The notes: generated by a model not told the origin, from the letters alone. Numbered from the stretch's first letter, positions 27,150 to 39,297 are shown. The stretch is DNA of 64,000 bases from Octopus sinensis (GCF_006345805.1 NC_043000.1:154504001-154568000); one strand, 5' to 3'. A program made the numbers and translations.

Positions 27150-27598
27150 AGACGTAGGAGTGGCTATGTGGTAAGTAGCTTGCTTACAAACTACATGGTT
27201 TGTAAGCGTGGGACTGAACCCGGAACACTTGGGCACGTGTTCTTCTACTATAGCCTCGGGCCGACCAAAGCCCTGTGAATGGATGGATTTGGTAGACGAA
27301 AATTGAAAAGAAGCCCGTCGTATATATGTGTCTGTATATGTTTGTGTGTCTGTGTCTGTCCCCCCAACATTGCTTGACAACCGATGCCGGGCTAAACACA
27401 GAAAGGACAAACAAGGACAGACAAACGGATTAAGTCGATTATATCGACCTCAGTACGTAACTGGTACTTAATTTATCGACCCCGAAAGGATGAAAGGCAA
27501 AGTCGACCTCGGCGGAATTTGAACTCAGAACGTAGCGGCAGACGAAATACCGCTAAGCATTTCGCCCGGCGTGCTAACGTTTCTGCCACCTCGCCGCC
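27150..27598. mobile_element. 3'-truncated SINE B (+) abutting SINE A with Tx1-like tail (-)
   Basis: SINE B stops at GACAACCGATGC; a reverse SINE A runs from about 27390 to 27598 with its last ~20 tail nt missing. Confidence 0.8.
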
Positions 27599-28122
27599 TT
27601 AGGTATGGCAAGCTTCTTACCATACAACCACACCCACCAGTGATGTCGGCAACATTCCCACCAGTTTAAACCTCTCCGCTACGTCACTTTAAAACTTTCA
27701 CAACGTCAATCATTAGAGACATGTCAGTGTATTCAACATTTACCGGTTTTCAAAAGCCAAACATTTATATTTGATATAAACAACAATATCAGCTACAATA
27801 CACTGTACAGGGCAATGAAATAAACATCAGCGCCTCCACTGACAACACCAACGATCGGAACACACAATAACAACTATTTCACAATAACAGCTTGAAATAA
27901 TATACCTCTACTACAATGCCAAGCGAATGCCTTTATTAGATATTCCTCGAAAATCAGTCTTTAGTAACCACTCCAAGACAGCAGGAACATAAAACAAAAA
28001 ATACGCAACTAACGCCTAAAAAAGAGATTTTGATTCCTTCCTTCCATCACACGTCCCCCAACCAAAATCTAAAACTCAGTTTCTCAGAACTAAACAAAAT
28101 CACAAACACCTAAATCTCTAAT

Positions 28123-28371
28123 GTGGAGGCGCGTGGCTTAGTGGTTAGGGTGTTGAACTCATGATCGTAAGGTCGTGGTTTCGATTTCTGGACTGGGCGA
28201 TGCGTTGTGTTCTTGAGCAAAACACTTCATTTCACGTTGCTCCAGTCCACTCAGCTCGCAAAAATGAGCAATCCTGTGACGGACTGGCGTCCCGTCCAGG
28301 TGGGGAACTTCTACGCCACTGAAACCGGGAAACCGGCCCTTATGAGCCTGGCATGGCTCGAGAAGGAACAT
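28123..28371 (+). mobile_element. tRNA-derived SINE (CORE-like middle, V-like 3' part)
   Basis: Shares its 3' part with 3626-3936 and its middle with 39461-39800. Confidence 0.8.
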
Positions 28372-28549
28372 AAAACTCTCATGGTCTAAAGGAATTCCTG
28401 ACTTCATTAATATCTGTAACTACTCATACTAATATTGTTAAATTCTCAGACTTTGCTAGCTGGATAAAATTATAATAGATATCCCAAGTTAGCTAACATT
28501 CACCAGACCCATTATTCACCTATGCATATCCTTTCAAACGTTCGAGAAA

Positions 28550-30950
28550 CCTAACCTTTGTCATCATTAAACCTAAACACCCCACTCTCGAAATCACAAC
28601 ACGGATTTAGACCGCTACACTCAACCATTACATTACTCACACGCGGAAAATATAATGATGGCTTCGACAACAAAAGACCTCTCACACGTCCAGTCAAACT
28701 AACATCGTTATCAGTAAATCTTCCTACTTCATTCTATGCTAATCACTCATACAAAACATACTCAGCACTACCTTATGAAATACCATAAAATACTGGCTTG
28801 CAAACTTTCCGTCAGACCGCCACGCCAATGGAATGTACAAGAACGAGGCTTTCAGAATCTGCAATTTCTAGAGTCCCAGTACCTCACAGATCTGCCTTTC
28901 CCCCCTACACTTTTAAACATATACTTACATTATATTTTTACACCCTCATAAACATAGAGACAATCTCAGGCACAGTCACACCCTTTCGCCATTCTCTGGA
29001 TACTGCATCACATTTACTCTTGCTTTACATAAATCACTTAAAATAAAACCTGTCTCTACAACCACAAATTTAAAGTAACAATTGTCTGTCGAATTCACTG
29101 TTTCTGTGATTCTTTCCAGAGAAGATAAGGTACTATCAAACTCTACAACATAAACACACCATACACACAGAATATCAAAAACACAAACCACTCAACATTT
29201 ATAACGCTGGTCAACACATATTTTCTGGCACAAGATTTATTAGTGGTCTTTAGCTAATTTTAGGGTGCTGAATCCAAATTTGGCATCAGCTTTTGTCTAT
29301 CATATCACATTTTTTAGATATAATATCTTTTAGTCTCGCTACAAACAGCTATTTAATGCTCATAAAAGAAGAAATTAAACATACGTAGATGCAATTTTTA
29401 ATAAACAATGTCTTTTTTTAATGTAATAAATCAATACACAAAGTTGTGTGAGTAAATGCACATTAGCATATAAGAATTAAGCTTGGTTATAACAAAATAT
29501 GAATACAAAATCTCTATTCATTGTGGTCATTCATTATGATCATCGTATAAATTTCCTCTTTTTTCCCGATCGCTTGCGTACAGCTTCTGGGAGTCTCTCA
29601 TTAAGCTCCAGCAGTAATCCGCCATCATGTTTGACCCCCATCAGCCTTAGTAGCGTTCTTCCTTTACTTTTGCATCTTAATGAAAGCATTCACCTTGTTT
29701 TTCGCTAACATCACCCAGTTTCTCTGGAAAGTCACCGAAGTGGCTGTGTAAGTAGAGCAATTAAATGCTCATTCTACATCCAAGTGCTTGCAAGCTCAAG
29801 AGCAGCCCCTCCACAATCTCTTGATAGTTGTCAGCTGTCAAGGAAATTCCGTATTACATCAGAGAAAGCATTCCAAGCTCTAGCCTCCGCCGTACTCATT
29901 GCTTTAATAAAATGTGGATCCCTGAAGAGTGTTCTTATTTGAGATTTATCAAATATTCTTGCCTTCTTTTTATCATCACCGAGACCGGGAAAGGTTGTAC
30001 AAATGTACATATATATCTGAAGCAGTCTCCATTGTGATCAAGATCTTTGATAAATTGCTTCATTACACCAATTCTCAACAGAGGTTTTGCAAACTTTGTG
30101 GGGAGCCTAGGTTTTGTCCTGGTCTCTAAGTGCTACTTTAGAGTGAACAAGATACACCTTCTTGACAAAGTTATTAATGTTGTACCGCTAAGCCTGTGGG
30201 GTGGCGTTTCCTCAGATGTAACAGAAGATATCGGGATCATTATTGTAAGTCCTTTTTGATGTTGTATCCATAACTAGACCACAGTAGCTCAGTTCACACC
30301 TGAAAAGAAGAGGAAGGGTTTTAAAGCAAAACTCAACTTGAACATATTCAAAATTAGCATGACAATCCAGTCAAAATACCCACAAATAGTGGTGTAAAGC
30401 TAACTTTTGGTATGCGCCAGATCAATAAAGGTTATACCGATGGCACAAAAATGTGATGGGATTGAGCAAATCTGAGGTCAGTTTTGGAATCAGCACCTAA
30501 AAATTAGTCTAAAACAATTTATGCCAGAAAATAGAAGTTTTATTTTGTTGATCAGTGTAATATTTATAGGAGACTAAAGAAAGCAAATCGACACAAACAT
30601 AAATCAACAAGTTAGACGTTTGGCCAACAGAAAGAAAACAATGAAATGATGTACAAACAGTTCATTAGATCTATTATGGATTATGCTAGTCCTATACCTG
30701 GGACCACAATCCCCCCACTACAAATCATAATACACTACAAAAAACTTGAAACAGGTGTGCAACGCATTATAACAGGTTGTACATAGATCCCAACCGCAGA
30801 CTAACTGCGCAACAAAAAACAAAAATACTAAGAATTGAAATTTACTTGAACCTACGACAGTCACAGTTTATTGCCACAGTAAGCTTCAGCTTACTTAACC
30901 CTTGTTGCGATATGAAAAAATCAGCTTCCACTATCTTGACCTAAACAACA
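28550..30950 (+). pseudogene. Degraded I/Jockey-group-type LINE RT, split by a DNA transposon
   Basis: KSQHGFRPLHSTITLL and PPTLLNIYL before 29203; MYKQFIRSIMDYASP and RIITGCT after 30558. Confidence 0.7.
29204..30557 (-). mobile_element. Degraded cut-and-paste DNA transposon, probably CMC/Chapaev-3-like
   Basis: Imperfect ~80-bp TIRs (CACTGATCAACA... / CGCTGGTCAACA...); minus-strand remnant LHSHFGDFPEKLGDVSEKQGECFH*D...MMADYCWSL. Superfamily name is from recollection of this motif. Confidence 0.7.
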
Positions 30951-31117
30951 TACAAGAACACGAGTAAAACATCATAAAACATCATCTGTTCTTGCTTGCG
31001 GAAATATAAGTAGAATAGGGGCAATACCTCAGTTTCAGTGAAAGACATGAACATTACAATAGCTATATTTTCATTCCTTTAGTTCTTATTTTCTATAATA
31101 CTACGGATTTCGAATTT

Positions 31118-31269
31118 TGGCACAAGGCCAGCAATTTCGAGGGAGGAGGTAAGTCGATTACATCGACCCAAGTAAACAGCTGGTACTTATTTTATTGATC
31201 CCGAAGGACGAAAGGCAAAGTCGATCGCGGCAGCATTTGAACTCAGAACGTAGCGGCAGACGAAATACC
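31118..31269 (-). mobile_element. 3' part of an older SINE A (ordinary tail), host of the nested insertions
   Basis: Begins on the minus strand with target GGTATTTCGTCTGCCG at 31254-31269. Confidence 0.85.
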
Positions 31270-31453
31270 TATTTCTTTACTACCCACAAGGGGCTAAACA
31301 CGGAGAGGACAAACAAGGACAGACAAACGGATTAAGTCGATTATATCGACCCCAGTGCGTAACTGGTACTTAATTTGTCGACCCCGAAAGGATGAAAGGC
31401 AAAGTCTACCTCGGCGGAATTTGAACTCTGAACGTAACGGCAGACAAAATACG
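31270..31453 (-). mobile_element. Head-less SINE A body with Tx1-like tail
   Basis: Starts with target CGTATTTTGTCTGCCG (31438-31453), ends GTGGGTAGTAAAGAAATA. Confidence 0.9.
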
Positions 31454-31703
31454 AATTTCTTTATTGCCCACCGGGGGCCAAACATAGATATGGACAGTAC
31501 AACTGATGGGATCAGTGAATCGATATGATTTTACATAAATGTGACATCAAAAATAAAATACAATACATAAAAATCGAATGGAATACACAGTACAAAAACA
31601 ATACAAATGAAGCGATGATCAAGTTACGCTCCGATCCCACAAGCCCCGATCTACCGCTGATACCTTTTTATTTTTCGTTTTTTTTTTTTTTTTCCTCGTC
31701 TAT

Positions 31704-34700
31704 TCACACGGTTCCTTGCACGCACAACACTCGTGCAACATACTTCCATCTCTTTTGGAACGTACACTCTGACAGACACCTCTTCTCCAGCCACAGTTTC
31801 CTTTTCAAATGAAAAGAAAAAAAGGATCGTAAATTGTCACCAGAAATAAAGTTGCCTGTCTTAATTCCTTTTATCCTAGTCTTCCATACAGCCTCTTTTG
31901 CTATTGCTACAACCGTGAGAAAACAATTCTTACCTTCGTTCGTTAGAACTCCCGGTGGGTCAATTTTTATAATTGACTCAGTCGACAGCCGTACTCTTCC
32001 TTCGCCGGACAACAGATGTTCAGCATAAGCCCACATTTCAGTTATCTCCGGACACAGAACAATAGCGTGAGAGACGGTTTCCCTGTCCCCCCCCCGCATC
32101 TTGGACAGGTCGGCGACTGACGTTTACCATGTCTTGCGAGCTTATCCCAAACGGGCAAGGCACCTCTGTAGCATTGCCAGGTTAAAGACTTTTGGAAGTT
32201 GTCTAACGTTCTCAACCCGAATGTACGATGAAACAAGCTGTCCAGTTAAATAAATCCGAGACCTAGAGTCTACCCCAGGCCATCGTCGCATTCAGACTCT
32301 ACCAACCCACTATATAAAATCCGTGTGGAACCCCCACCGCTGGCGTTGCCCGAGCGCCGGAACAGCAAGAGGGCCTTACGGCACTCTTTATGCCACTCAC
32401 TCGACCTCGGTCTACGAGAACACCAGGCTTCCTGTTCGCAAAAACTCTTCAACTCAGGGAACATTTGTCTGGCCAGCGGAGACCACACCCGTTCACTATC
32501 CAGGAGAATCCAGAGGTGCCTCAACCTCAACGCATGTCTGCGCATCATTAACCAAGGCATCCCTAACCTTCCATTTAAAGGCTTTTGACAGCAGACAGAG
32601 CGTTTCACAAGTGGCGACCGGCCCTTCCACAAAAAGCGAAAGAGCTGTCTCTCCAACCTGATCAACCACGAATCCGGACAGGGCACGACGGTCAGGCGGT
32701 AGGTAATGACCGATGCGATAAACACATTGGCCACTTCCGCCCTCCCTTTCAGGGATAGCCACCGCCAAGACCAGGTCTTGACTACTGCAGCCACCTGCTC
32801 AATACCTCCGTCCAGTTCTTCTCTATCTGGAGGCCTGGTCCAAACCAGACTCCCAGCAACTTAACCGGTCCCTCCGTCCAGCGCCTAACAACACTGTCTG
32901 AAGGCATCGACTTGCCAACCCAGGTGCCGAGCTGCAAGCCGACCGACTTTTCCCGGTTAATCTTTGCTCCTGCTACCTCCTCGTAAGCCTCAATAGTCTT
33001 ACCTACTTCACGTAGGCGTGCCACTGTGGTTACACTGATAGTGATATCATCCGCGAAAGCCGTAACAAACTCCTCTAGTCCTGGTTCTCTCGGGATGCCA
33101 CTCAACCTTTGCAGTAATGGCTCGAGAGCCATCACATACAAAAGTGGTGAAAGCGGACATCCTTGACGAACCGAGCGTCTGATGCAGAACGGCTTCGAAA
33201 GGAAACCGTTCACCCGAACTATCGAGTCAATGTTGTGGTACAAAGCGATAAACCACCTGAGGAAGCCAAGGCCCAGGCCAAACCGCGCAAGTACAGTCGC
33301 TAGGTATCGATGGTTAACCCTATCAAAAGCTTTAGACTGGTCCAAATGCACCAATGCCCCACCTTTGCCAGATTTATTACCAAACCTCTCTATGGTATAG
33401 CGAATAAGATGGAGGGTATCCTGAATGGTTCTGCCTGGGATGGCACATGTCTGTGCCTCCCCGACTATACCATTCGCGACACGCGCCAACCTTTTTGCTA
33501 GAACCTTGGCCAAAATCTTCACTTCTGCGTTTAACAGAGTGATGGGCCTGAAATTCTCTAGAACGTCCCCCTTGTCCGGGTCCTTTCTGACCAACGTCAC
33601 TACTCCCCGGCGCACAGATCTGGGGATAAACCCATTCTGTTTCCAGTTCGCGTACACGTCAGTCAGTAGTTGCCCGAACAAGTCTGGCATACATTTATAC
33701 AGCTCGTACGGAAGACCATCAAGTCCCGGTGACTTACCCGCTTTACAATCGGCCAAAGCCTCCATCACCTCCTCAGGTGTGATTGGCCCTTCGCAAGACT
33801 CCGCATCCGACCCCGAGAGGCACGGCAGCCCGGTAAGAAAGTCCTCGAGGGCTCTCCCACCACTAGGACCGCCGTCACCCCCGAACAGCTGGGCGAAGTA
33901 CTCCCGAAAGACCTCACACATTTTCTCGGGTTCGTTTATCAAGACACCATTTTGATTCGTCAAAGACCGAATAGAGGAACTATTTCCTTGCCGAGCTTCC
34001 ACCACTCGGGCCCATCCAGCGGCTTTGATTCCTTCACTTCCCATTGCACGTAACTTAGCTCTGGTAATACTTCTCATGTGGTGGGCTTCAAGATGCTGGT
34101 TTAACTCCAGTCTTTTCACCCTCGCTTGGTTTGTATTACCAGTCCTCCAGGCTTCTTCTAGTTCCTTAACTAGACCATCTCCTATTTTACGTCCCTTCTT
34201 AGCTAAACTTATGCTAAACCTAATAGACTCATATTTGATGGCTCTTTTTAGGGCGTACCACCATTTGTTATTAATGATGGTACCTGTTAATGCCCTCTGT
34301 AAACATCTTGATCCGCTTTCTGTACTCCTCAATCGCCAAAAGGGACGTATTGAGTTTCCAGTAGCCAGATCCCTGTCTATGCAACTTATCTACCGTCAGT
34401 TTACAGGTAACCATCTTGTGGTCACTGTAGCTGACTAGAAAAAACTGTGGACACTCAACTATGGACTTATCTTTTTCTCTAATTAAAATCCTATCTAGAT
34501 ATGTTCTGGTAGACCCGTCACTATTTGACCACGTCCACTGTGAAGTGTTCGGGTGCTCCAACCTATATGGATCTGCTAGCTGAAATTGACTTAGCAGATC
34601 CCGAAAGCCTGGGTTACATTTTCTGTTCATGTTCGAGTTTGAGCCAACACAATCTGTGTGTGCTGCACATATTGTATTAGAGTCTCCTAACACTACTAGT

Positions 34701-35104
34701 GAATGCGACGTGGCTAGGAACTTTCCTAGGCCACGAAAATATTCAGTTTGCGGGCCAATAATGTTTGGTGCGTAAATAGCGACCAGCCTGATTGTCTTGC
34801 CACAACTGAATGTCAAGTCGAGAACGACCAGCCTGCCTTCTGGGTCAGAAAAAACCAACTTTTTCTCGGCTACCCGGTTTCTTTTTAGTAGGACCAACAC
34901 CCCACCCCCACCTCCCGCCCGACTCGGAGAAACGTATTTCTCGTAGCCGTTCAGGAGGGGGAGCAGATCTCTTGGCCCCTTCATCCGGGTTTCCGTTGCA
35001 ACAATTACATCCAAATTTCTCGACCTGATGTCATTCAGAAAGCGTCCTTGCTTCCAGCTTGACAACAGGCCATGAACATTTAAACAACCAATGTGAATAG
35101 CCAT
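31704..35104 (-). pseudogene. Tx1 ORF2 (AP endonuclease, reverse transcriptase, C-terminal Cys motif), disrupted
   Basis: IGCLNVHGL, IYAPN, GDSN, SDHK (APE); KSPGLDG, FRPITLLN, LDQSKAFDRVNH, VRQGCPLSPLL, FADD (RT); CPRC...HAIVLC. Frameshifts near 34300, 32790 and 32090; in-frame stops at 32270 and 32246. Confidence 0.92.
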
Positions 35105-35115
35105 CACTTACCTGT

Positions 35116-36672
35116 TTAATTAGGATTGTCCGGTGGAGGGGGACCCTCCACCTTTTTTTGATCCAGGGTCGGAGGTGGACGGTCTTGGGAAATAGATTTG
35201 TCAAAATCCCGTCTCACCACCGACACAGAATTATCAGGTGGAGGGGGAATCTCCACCTTTTCCTTTTCTCGCGGGATCGGAGCTGGTAATCCATGAAATA
35301 TCGACTTGTTAAAATCTAATCTCAATGAAGATACAGTCTTTCTGTACTTATTTTGTAAAATTCTATAAGTCTTATTTGAGACTTCATATATGTCGTAATT
35401 GATAAATTCCTCTGAAAGGTTATCAATTTTTTTTACAGTCTTTATGAGTTGAATGTCTCTCATGAGCTCAGTATCTTTAGTGTATACGGCTATTATGCCT
35501 TTTTCTTCTTTTTCTCTTCTGGCAGTCTTTTTTGGTCGTTGTTCTGTAGTAGTCGCCGCTCTCGGCTGGGTTGCTGGTTGTATTTTTCTTTTGTTTGTTG
35601 TTTTTTTCTCATCTGTTTCTTCTTTATCTTCTTCCTCTTTGTCTTTTTTCTCCTCTTCCTCCTCTTCTTCATTTTCCTTGCAGTTCCTTCGAATGTGGCC
35701 TAATTGACCACATAAAAAACATCGAGGTTTTCGGCCCTCAACAAACACCACGAGGTTCTCCTCCCCTACCTCAATTGTCTCAGGAATTGTTTGAATTATT
35801 TTAGGGTCCGCTTGAATGAGAAGATTAATTGTTTGACCATCCCAGCGTGGGTTTTCCGTAGCGGTAGCCTGGAGGAGAGTAATTTTTTCTACCTCTTTGA
35901 TTAGGACTGCCGCCAACAACCACATCGGTTCGACCTCTGGCGGGACCCTTGTAATTTTTATTCGCGACGTCCTCATCCCCATATAATAGGGGATTAACTC
36001 CACGTCGTTCGTTTTCAACGTTTCAACTGAGTTCTTGTGTGCTATTTCTTTATTGGTGAACCTTACTTCTACCGTTCCGAATTTTTTTCCTCTTCTCAGA
36101 AATACTACGTCGCCCAATATTGGCTTTAAGCACTTTTCTATTTTCTCTTCTGACATTCTTTCAATTTTTCTTTTTTGCAGACAATATGTTTTGAAAATTA
36201 TTGTTTTTTGCTTTTCTTCCTGTAATAACTTTTGCGGAGGTTCAATTTTCACACCGTTGTCAGTTATTTCCATCATTTTGCTGTATTTCATAATTTCGCT
36301 TTTATTCGTCGACAGTATCTGGGTTCCACCCCCAGCAGCCAACGCAAAACTTTTTTTTCCATTTTTTGGTTCTATCTGGATGCTAGGCACATCAATTATT
36401 CTCTTCGACACAATGCCTTTGTTCTCTGGCAAAGTCGGAAACTCTTCTGGTGAAAGTTCTGACGAGCTCTCAGACACATCTCCAAAAATATCAAATATAT
36501 TATCCTCTCTGCTATTCCTTCTTGTAACGGGGGAAACCCCTATTTCCTTGTCTGTAGTTGGCTCCTCGCCGGACATGTATTTCCTCCTCTCAACAGGAGA
36601 AACAAGTATTTCTGCTCCAACGGTAGGCTCCATGCTAGACGACATTCTTCCCCCCAAAGGGGGAATGAACAA
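35116..36672 (-). CDS. Tx1 ORF1 gag-like nucleic-acid-binding protein, 518 aa, open
   Basis: CCHC zinc knuckle CFLCGQLGHIRRNC; E/K-rich tract; lies immediately upstream of ORF2. Confidence 0.85.
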   Translation of the reverse strand: MFIPPLGGRMSSSMEPTVGAEILVSPVERRKYMSGEEPTTDKEIGVSPVTRRNSREDNIFDIFGDVSESSSELSPEEFPTLPENKGIVSKRIIDVPSIQIEPKNGKKSFALAAGGGTQILSTNKSEIMKYSKMMEITDNGVKIEPPQKLLQEEKQKTIIFKTYCLQKRKIERMSEEKIEKCLKPILGDVVFLRRGKKFGTVEVRFTNKEIAHKNSVETLKTNDVELIPYYMGMRTSRIKITRVPPEVEPMWLLAAVLIKEVEKITLLQATATENPRWDGQTINLLIQADPKIIQTIPETIEVGEENLVVFVEGRKPRCFLCGQLGHIRRNCKENEEEEEEEKKDKEEEDKEETDEKKTTNKRKIQPATQPRAATTTEQRPKKTARREKEEKGIIAVYTKDTELMRDIQLIKTVKKIDNLSEEFINYDIYEVSNKTYRILQNKYRKTVSSLRLDFNKSIFHGLPAPIPREKEKVEIPPPPDNSVSVVRRDFDKSISQDRPPPTLDQKKVEGPPPPDNPN

Positions 36673-36809
36673 CGCGTGCTACCACAAGCACTAAGTGTTT
36701 TCAATTGAAAACTCCAACAGTTAAGTTATTCAACAGTTTAACAAGAAACAACAGTTGTTAACAATATTAACACCACGAAACAGCAATTCTTACTTCACGA
36801 ACACATGTG

Positions 36810-36872
36810 CGACAGACGAAATACGGCTAAGCATTTCTCCCGGCGTGCTAACGATTCTGCCAGTTCGCCGCC
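36810..36872 (-). mobile_element. 5' head of the SINE A interrupted by the Tx1 LINE
   Basis: Minus strand GGCGGCGAACTGGCAGAATCGTTAGCACGCCGGGAGAAATGCTTAGC-CGTATTTCGTCTGTCG, then LINE sequence. Confidence 0.9.
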
Positions 36873-36894
36873 TTTATATTCTATAATAATATTA

Positions 36895-37105
36895 ATTTCA
36901 AATTTTGGCACAAGACCAGCTAGTTTGGGGAAGTGGGTAAGTCTATTACATCGACCGCAGTGCTCAACTGGTACTTATTTTATTGACCCCGAAAGGATGA
37001 AAGGCAAAGTCGACCTCGGCAGAATTTGAACTCAGAACGTGAAGACGGACGAAATGCCGCGAAGTATTTTTCCCTGCATGCTAACAATTCTGCCAACTCG
37101 CCGTC
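36895..37105 (-). mobile_element. SINE family A, ordinary tail
   Basis: Diverged complete copy. Confidence 0.8.
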
Positions 37106-37814
37106 TATGTTCCATAATAATATTGAGAACAGTTTCAGCATTAATCTGACTGCTTCAAACCAATTTTTCGTGGCGTAGAATGTCAGCAGAATGGAAACAC
37201 CGCAGCACTTGATTTCAGGCAATAAAGTATGTTCGATGAAGAAAATGTCGAAGGCATAGAAAATGGTATATACGAGTGTGTTGATTTTGTAAATTCGTTT
37301 TAATATCTCTAATGGATAAAACTCATATAGAATAGTGAGCGTAAAAAACAAGATCGAAATCATGGTGTTTTTAAAGTAAGAAGTCCACTAGAATTTTGCA
37401 TTGGGTTATCGAATCTATCTGATCGAGTTTACTTGCTGTGCAACGTAAAGCACATTGAAGATTGTAGTTCAGTGCACCCTGTAAGATATTAACTGTGTTT
37501 AGCAATAGTAATATCATTTTCGTTGAAGTGATAGTATAAAGTAGTTACTACTGGTTATTCTGCAAGTTAACTTGAAAGACCCAGTAACTACTCATATCAA
37601 GAACACAATATCGTATCTCGTCCCGTCTTGCCATACATAACACACAGTTTAAAATTCAAGGTTGCCACAAGTATTAGTCCTCATAATCTTTGTTGAATTT
37701 TCTTGGCGACCCCACACACACTATTTAGCAAAAACTTCATCCCAAATACTAACGTTCCACTTTAATGTCAGAATATCTTTCAGCCCTGTCGATCCTCTAA
37801 AGCTCTGTTAGAGC

Positions 37815-37950
37815 TCACAGGTCTTTCAGATGGCGTGGTCTGATCCCTCCAGAGTCACTGATATTTTCGGAATCCATCGAGCTAAGCGCTTTGAGAACCA
37901 CCGGGTCAATCACACGAGGCATATAATTTGGTGTGAATGGATGGTGGCAT
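37815..37950 (-). pseudogene. Possible CRE-like (RLE-type) retrotransposon RT-upstream fragment
   Basis: VLKALSSMDSENISDSGGIRPRHLKDL resembles the SAGGPDGLRPQHLKDL motif. Confidence 0.4.
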
Positions 37951-39221
37951 ATTAAATCACTAAATTGTTTTGAGGGATATTTTCTGCTTGACTGCAATTG
38001 TGGAAATTTCAAAGTTTATTGTATTAATGTAATTTTCCAAGTTGAATCTCAAGAGATATTTCACTTTTGCCAGAAAAATGTTTTAAAAGTTATAGAGGTT
38101 TAAAGTTTGATGATTTTCACTCAGTCAGGAAACAGGATTTGGAATCTGTCATTTTGTGCGTGACAGCACGTGTTGTCAACTGTCAACAAATGAAATACTG
38201 ACAGAATTCTGCTTTACGCACGCCATACAACCCCTCATAACATTCTTATTTTTTGGAATTTTCAGAAATTTTTTGCAAATTTGTATTCTACACGCAGGAA
38301 TCCACAATTATGCAAAAACCAAAACAAAGAATTTGGGGGTGCATGATTTAAGGCCTATTTAAATGTTATTTTTTGCATATCTCGCCACCACCTCAATGAG
38401 TAGAATATATTTGTCATCAAGTGCTTTGTCGCAGACAAAAGAGTTCTCATGCTTGGCTTGTTACTATGGAAACAGGCATGGATGTGTCTGTGGTTTACGA
38501 TTGGCTAGAATCACCCCAAATTTGCAAACTTTAAAAGCCATCAAATCTTTATTTCTTGATTTATGGTGAAAATGAATTTTATGGCATTGATTAGCATATA
38601 AAACTACATCACTACACCGAATATGAAATCAATTCGAACAGAAATTGAAGGGATTGAAAATTGACTCCCAAACAGAAAAGATCAGTTTCGAATGTTCCTT
38701 GAATAATTCACTGAGGATTTCATCCCAGAAGCAAGCTACTGCGTTTATCCGATGAGATTCACCTCGAAGCCCTTCTGATGTCGATGCCAGTGAACTTGAT
38801 GTCTACTCGGATAAGTTAATGATTTTATTTCGCCAAAAGTAAGGAGTCAGAAGAAAGAATAAAGGAAAAAAAACGGATAAAAAGATAAGAGAAAGTTTTT
38901 AAGGAGTGGAACATACAATTTCCTGTAAGTCAGACTGCCTCCTGGTCCCAGTAGGCAAATATACAAGTACCGTAGAGAAACTGAACAATGATATGCCACA
39001 AAATGTTAACTACTCTGTTTGAAATTTAACACTTCATAGACTCGGGACAACTACATAACTGGTGGAAGTATTGAAGAACTGAACTCTAAATAATTGCTAT
39101 ACCAGTCATCTATCTATCTATCTATCGATAAATCTATCCATCCATTTCTCTCTCTCTCTCTCTCTCTCTATGTATGTATGTATGTATATGTATGTATGCA
39201 TGCATGCATGTATGTATATAT

Positions 39222-39297
<76 letters not shown>

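Larger units (their letters stand above)
31454..36809 (-). mobile_element. Near full-length Tx1-type (L1-group) non-LTR retrotransposon, ~5.36 kb
   Basis: ORF1 plus APE-RT ORF2; 3' end ...GGGCAATAAAGAAATT; 16-nt target duplication with 14/16 identity at 31438-31453 and 36810-36825. Confidence 0.92.

Noticed and set aside
33425-36694. Plus-strand ORFs of 137-219 aa (33425, 34025, 36035)
   Set aside because: Antisense shadows of the Tx1 ORFs with no recognisable motifs.
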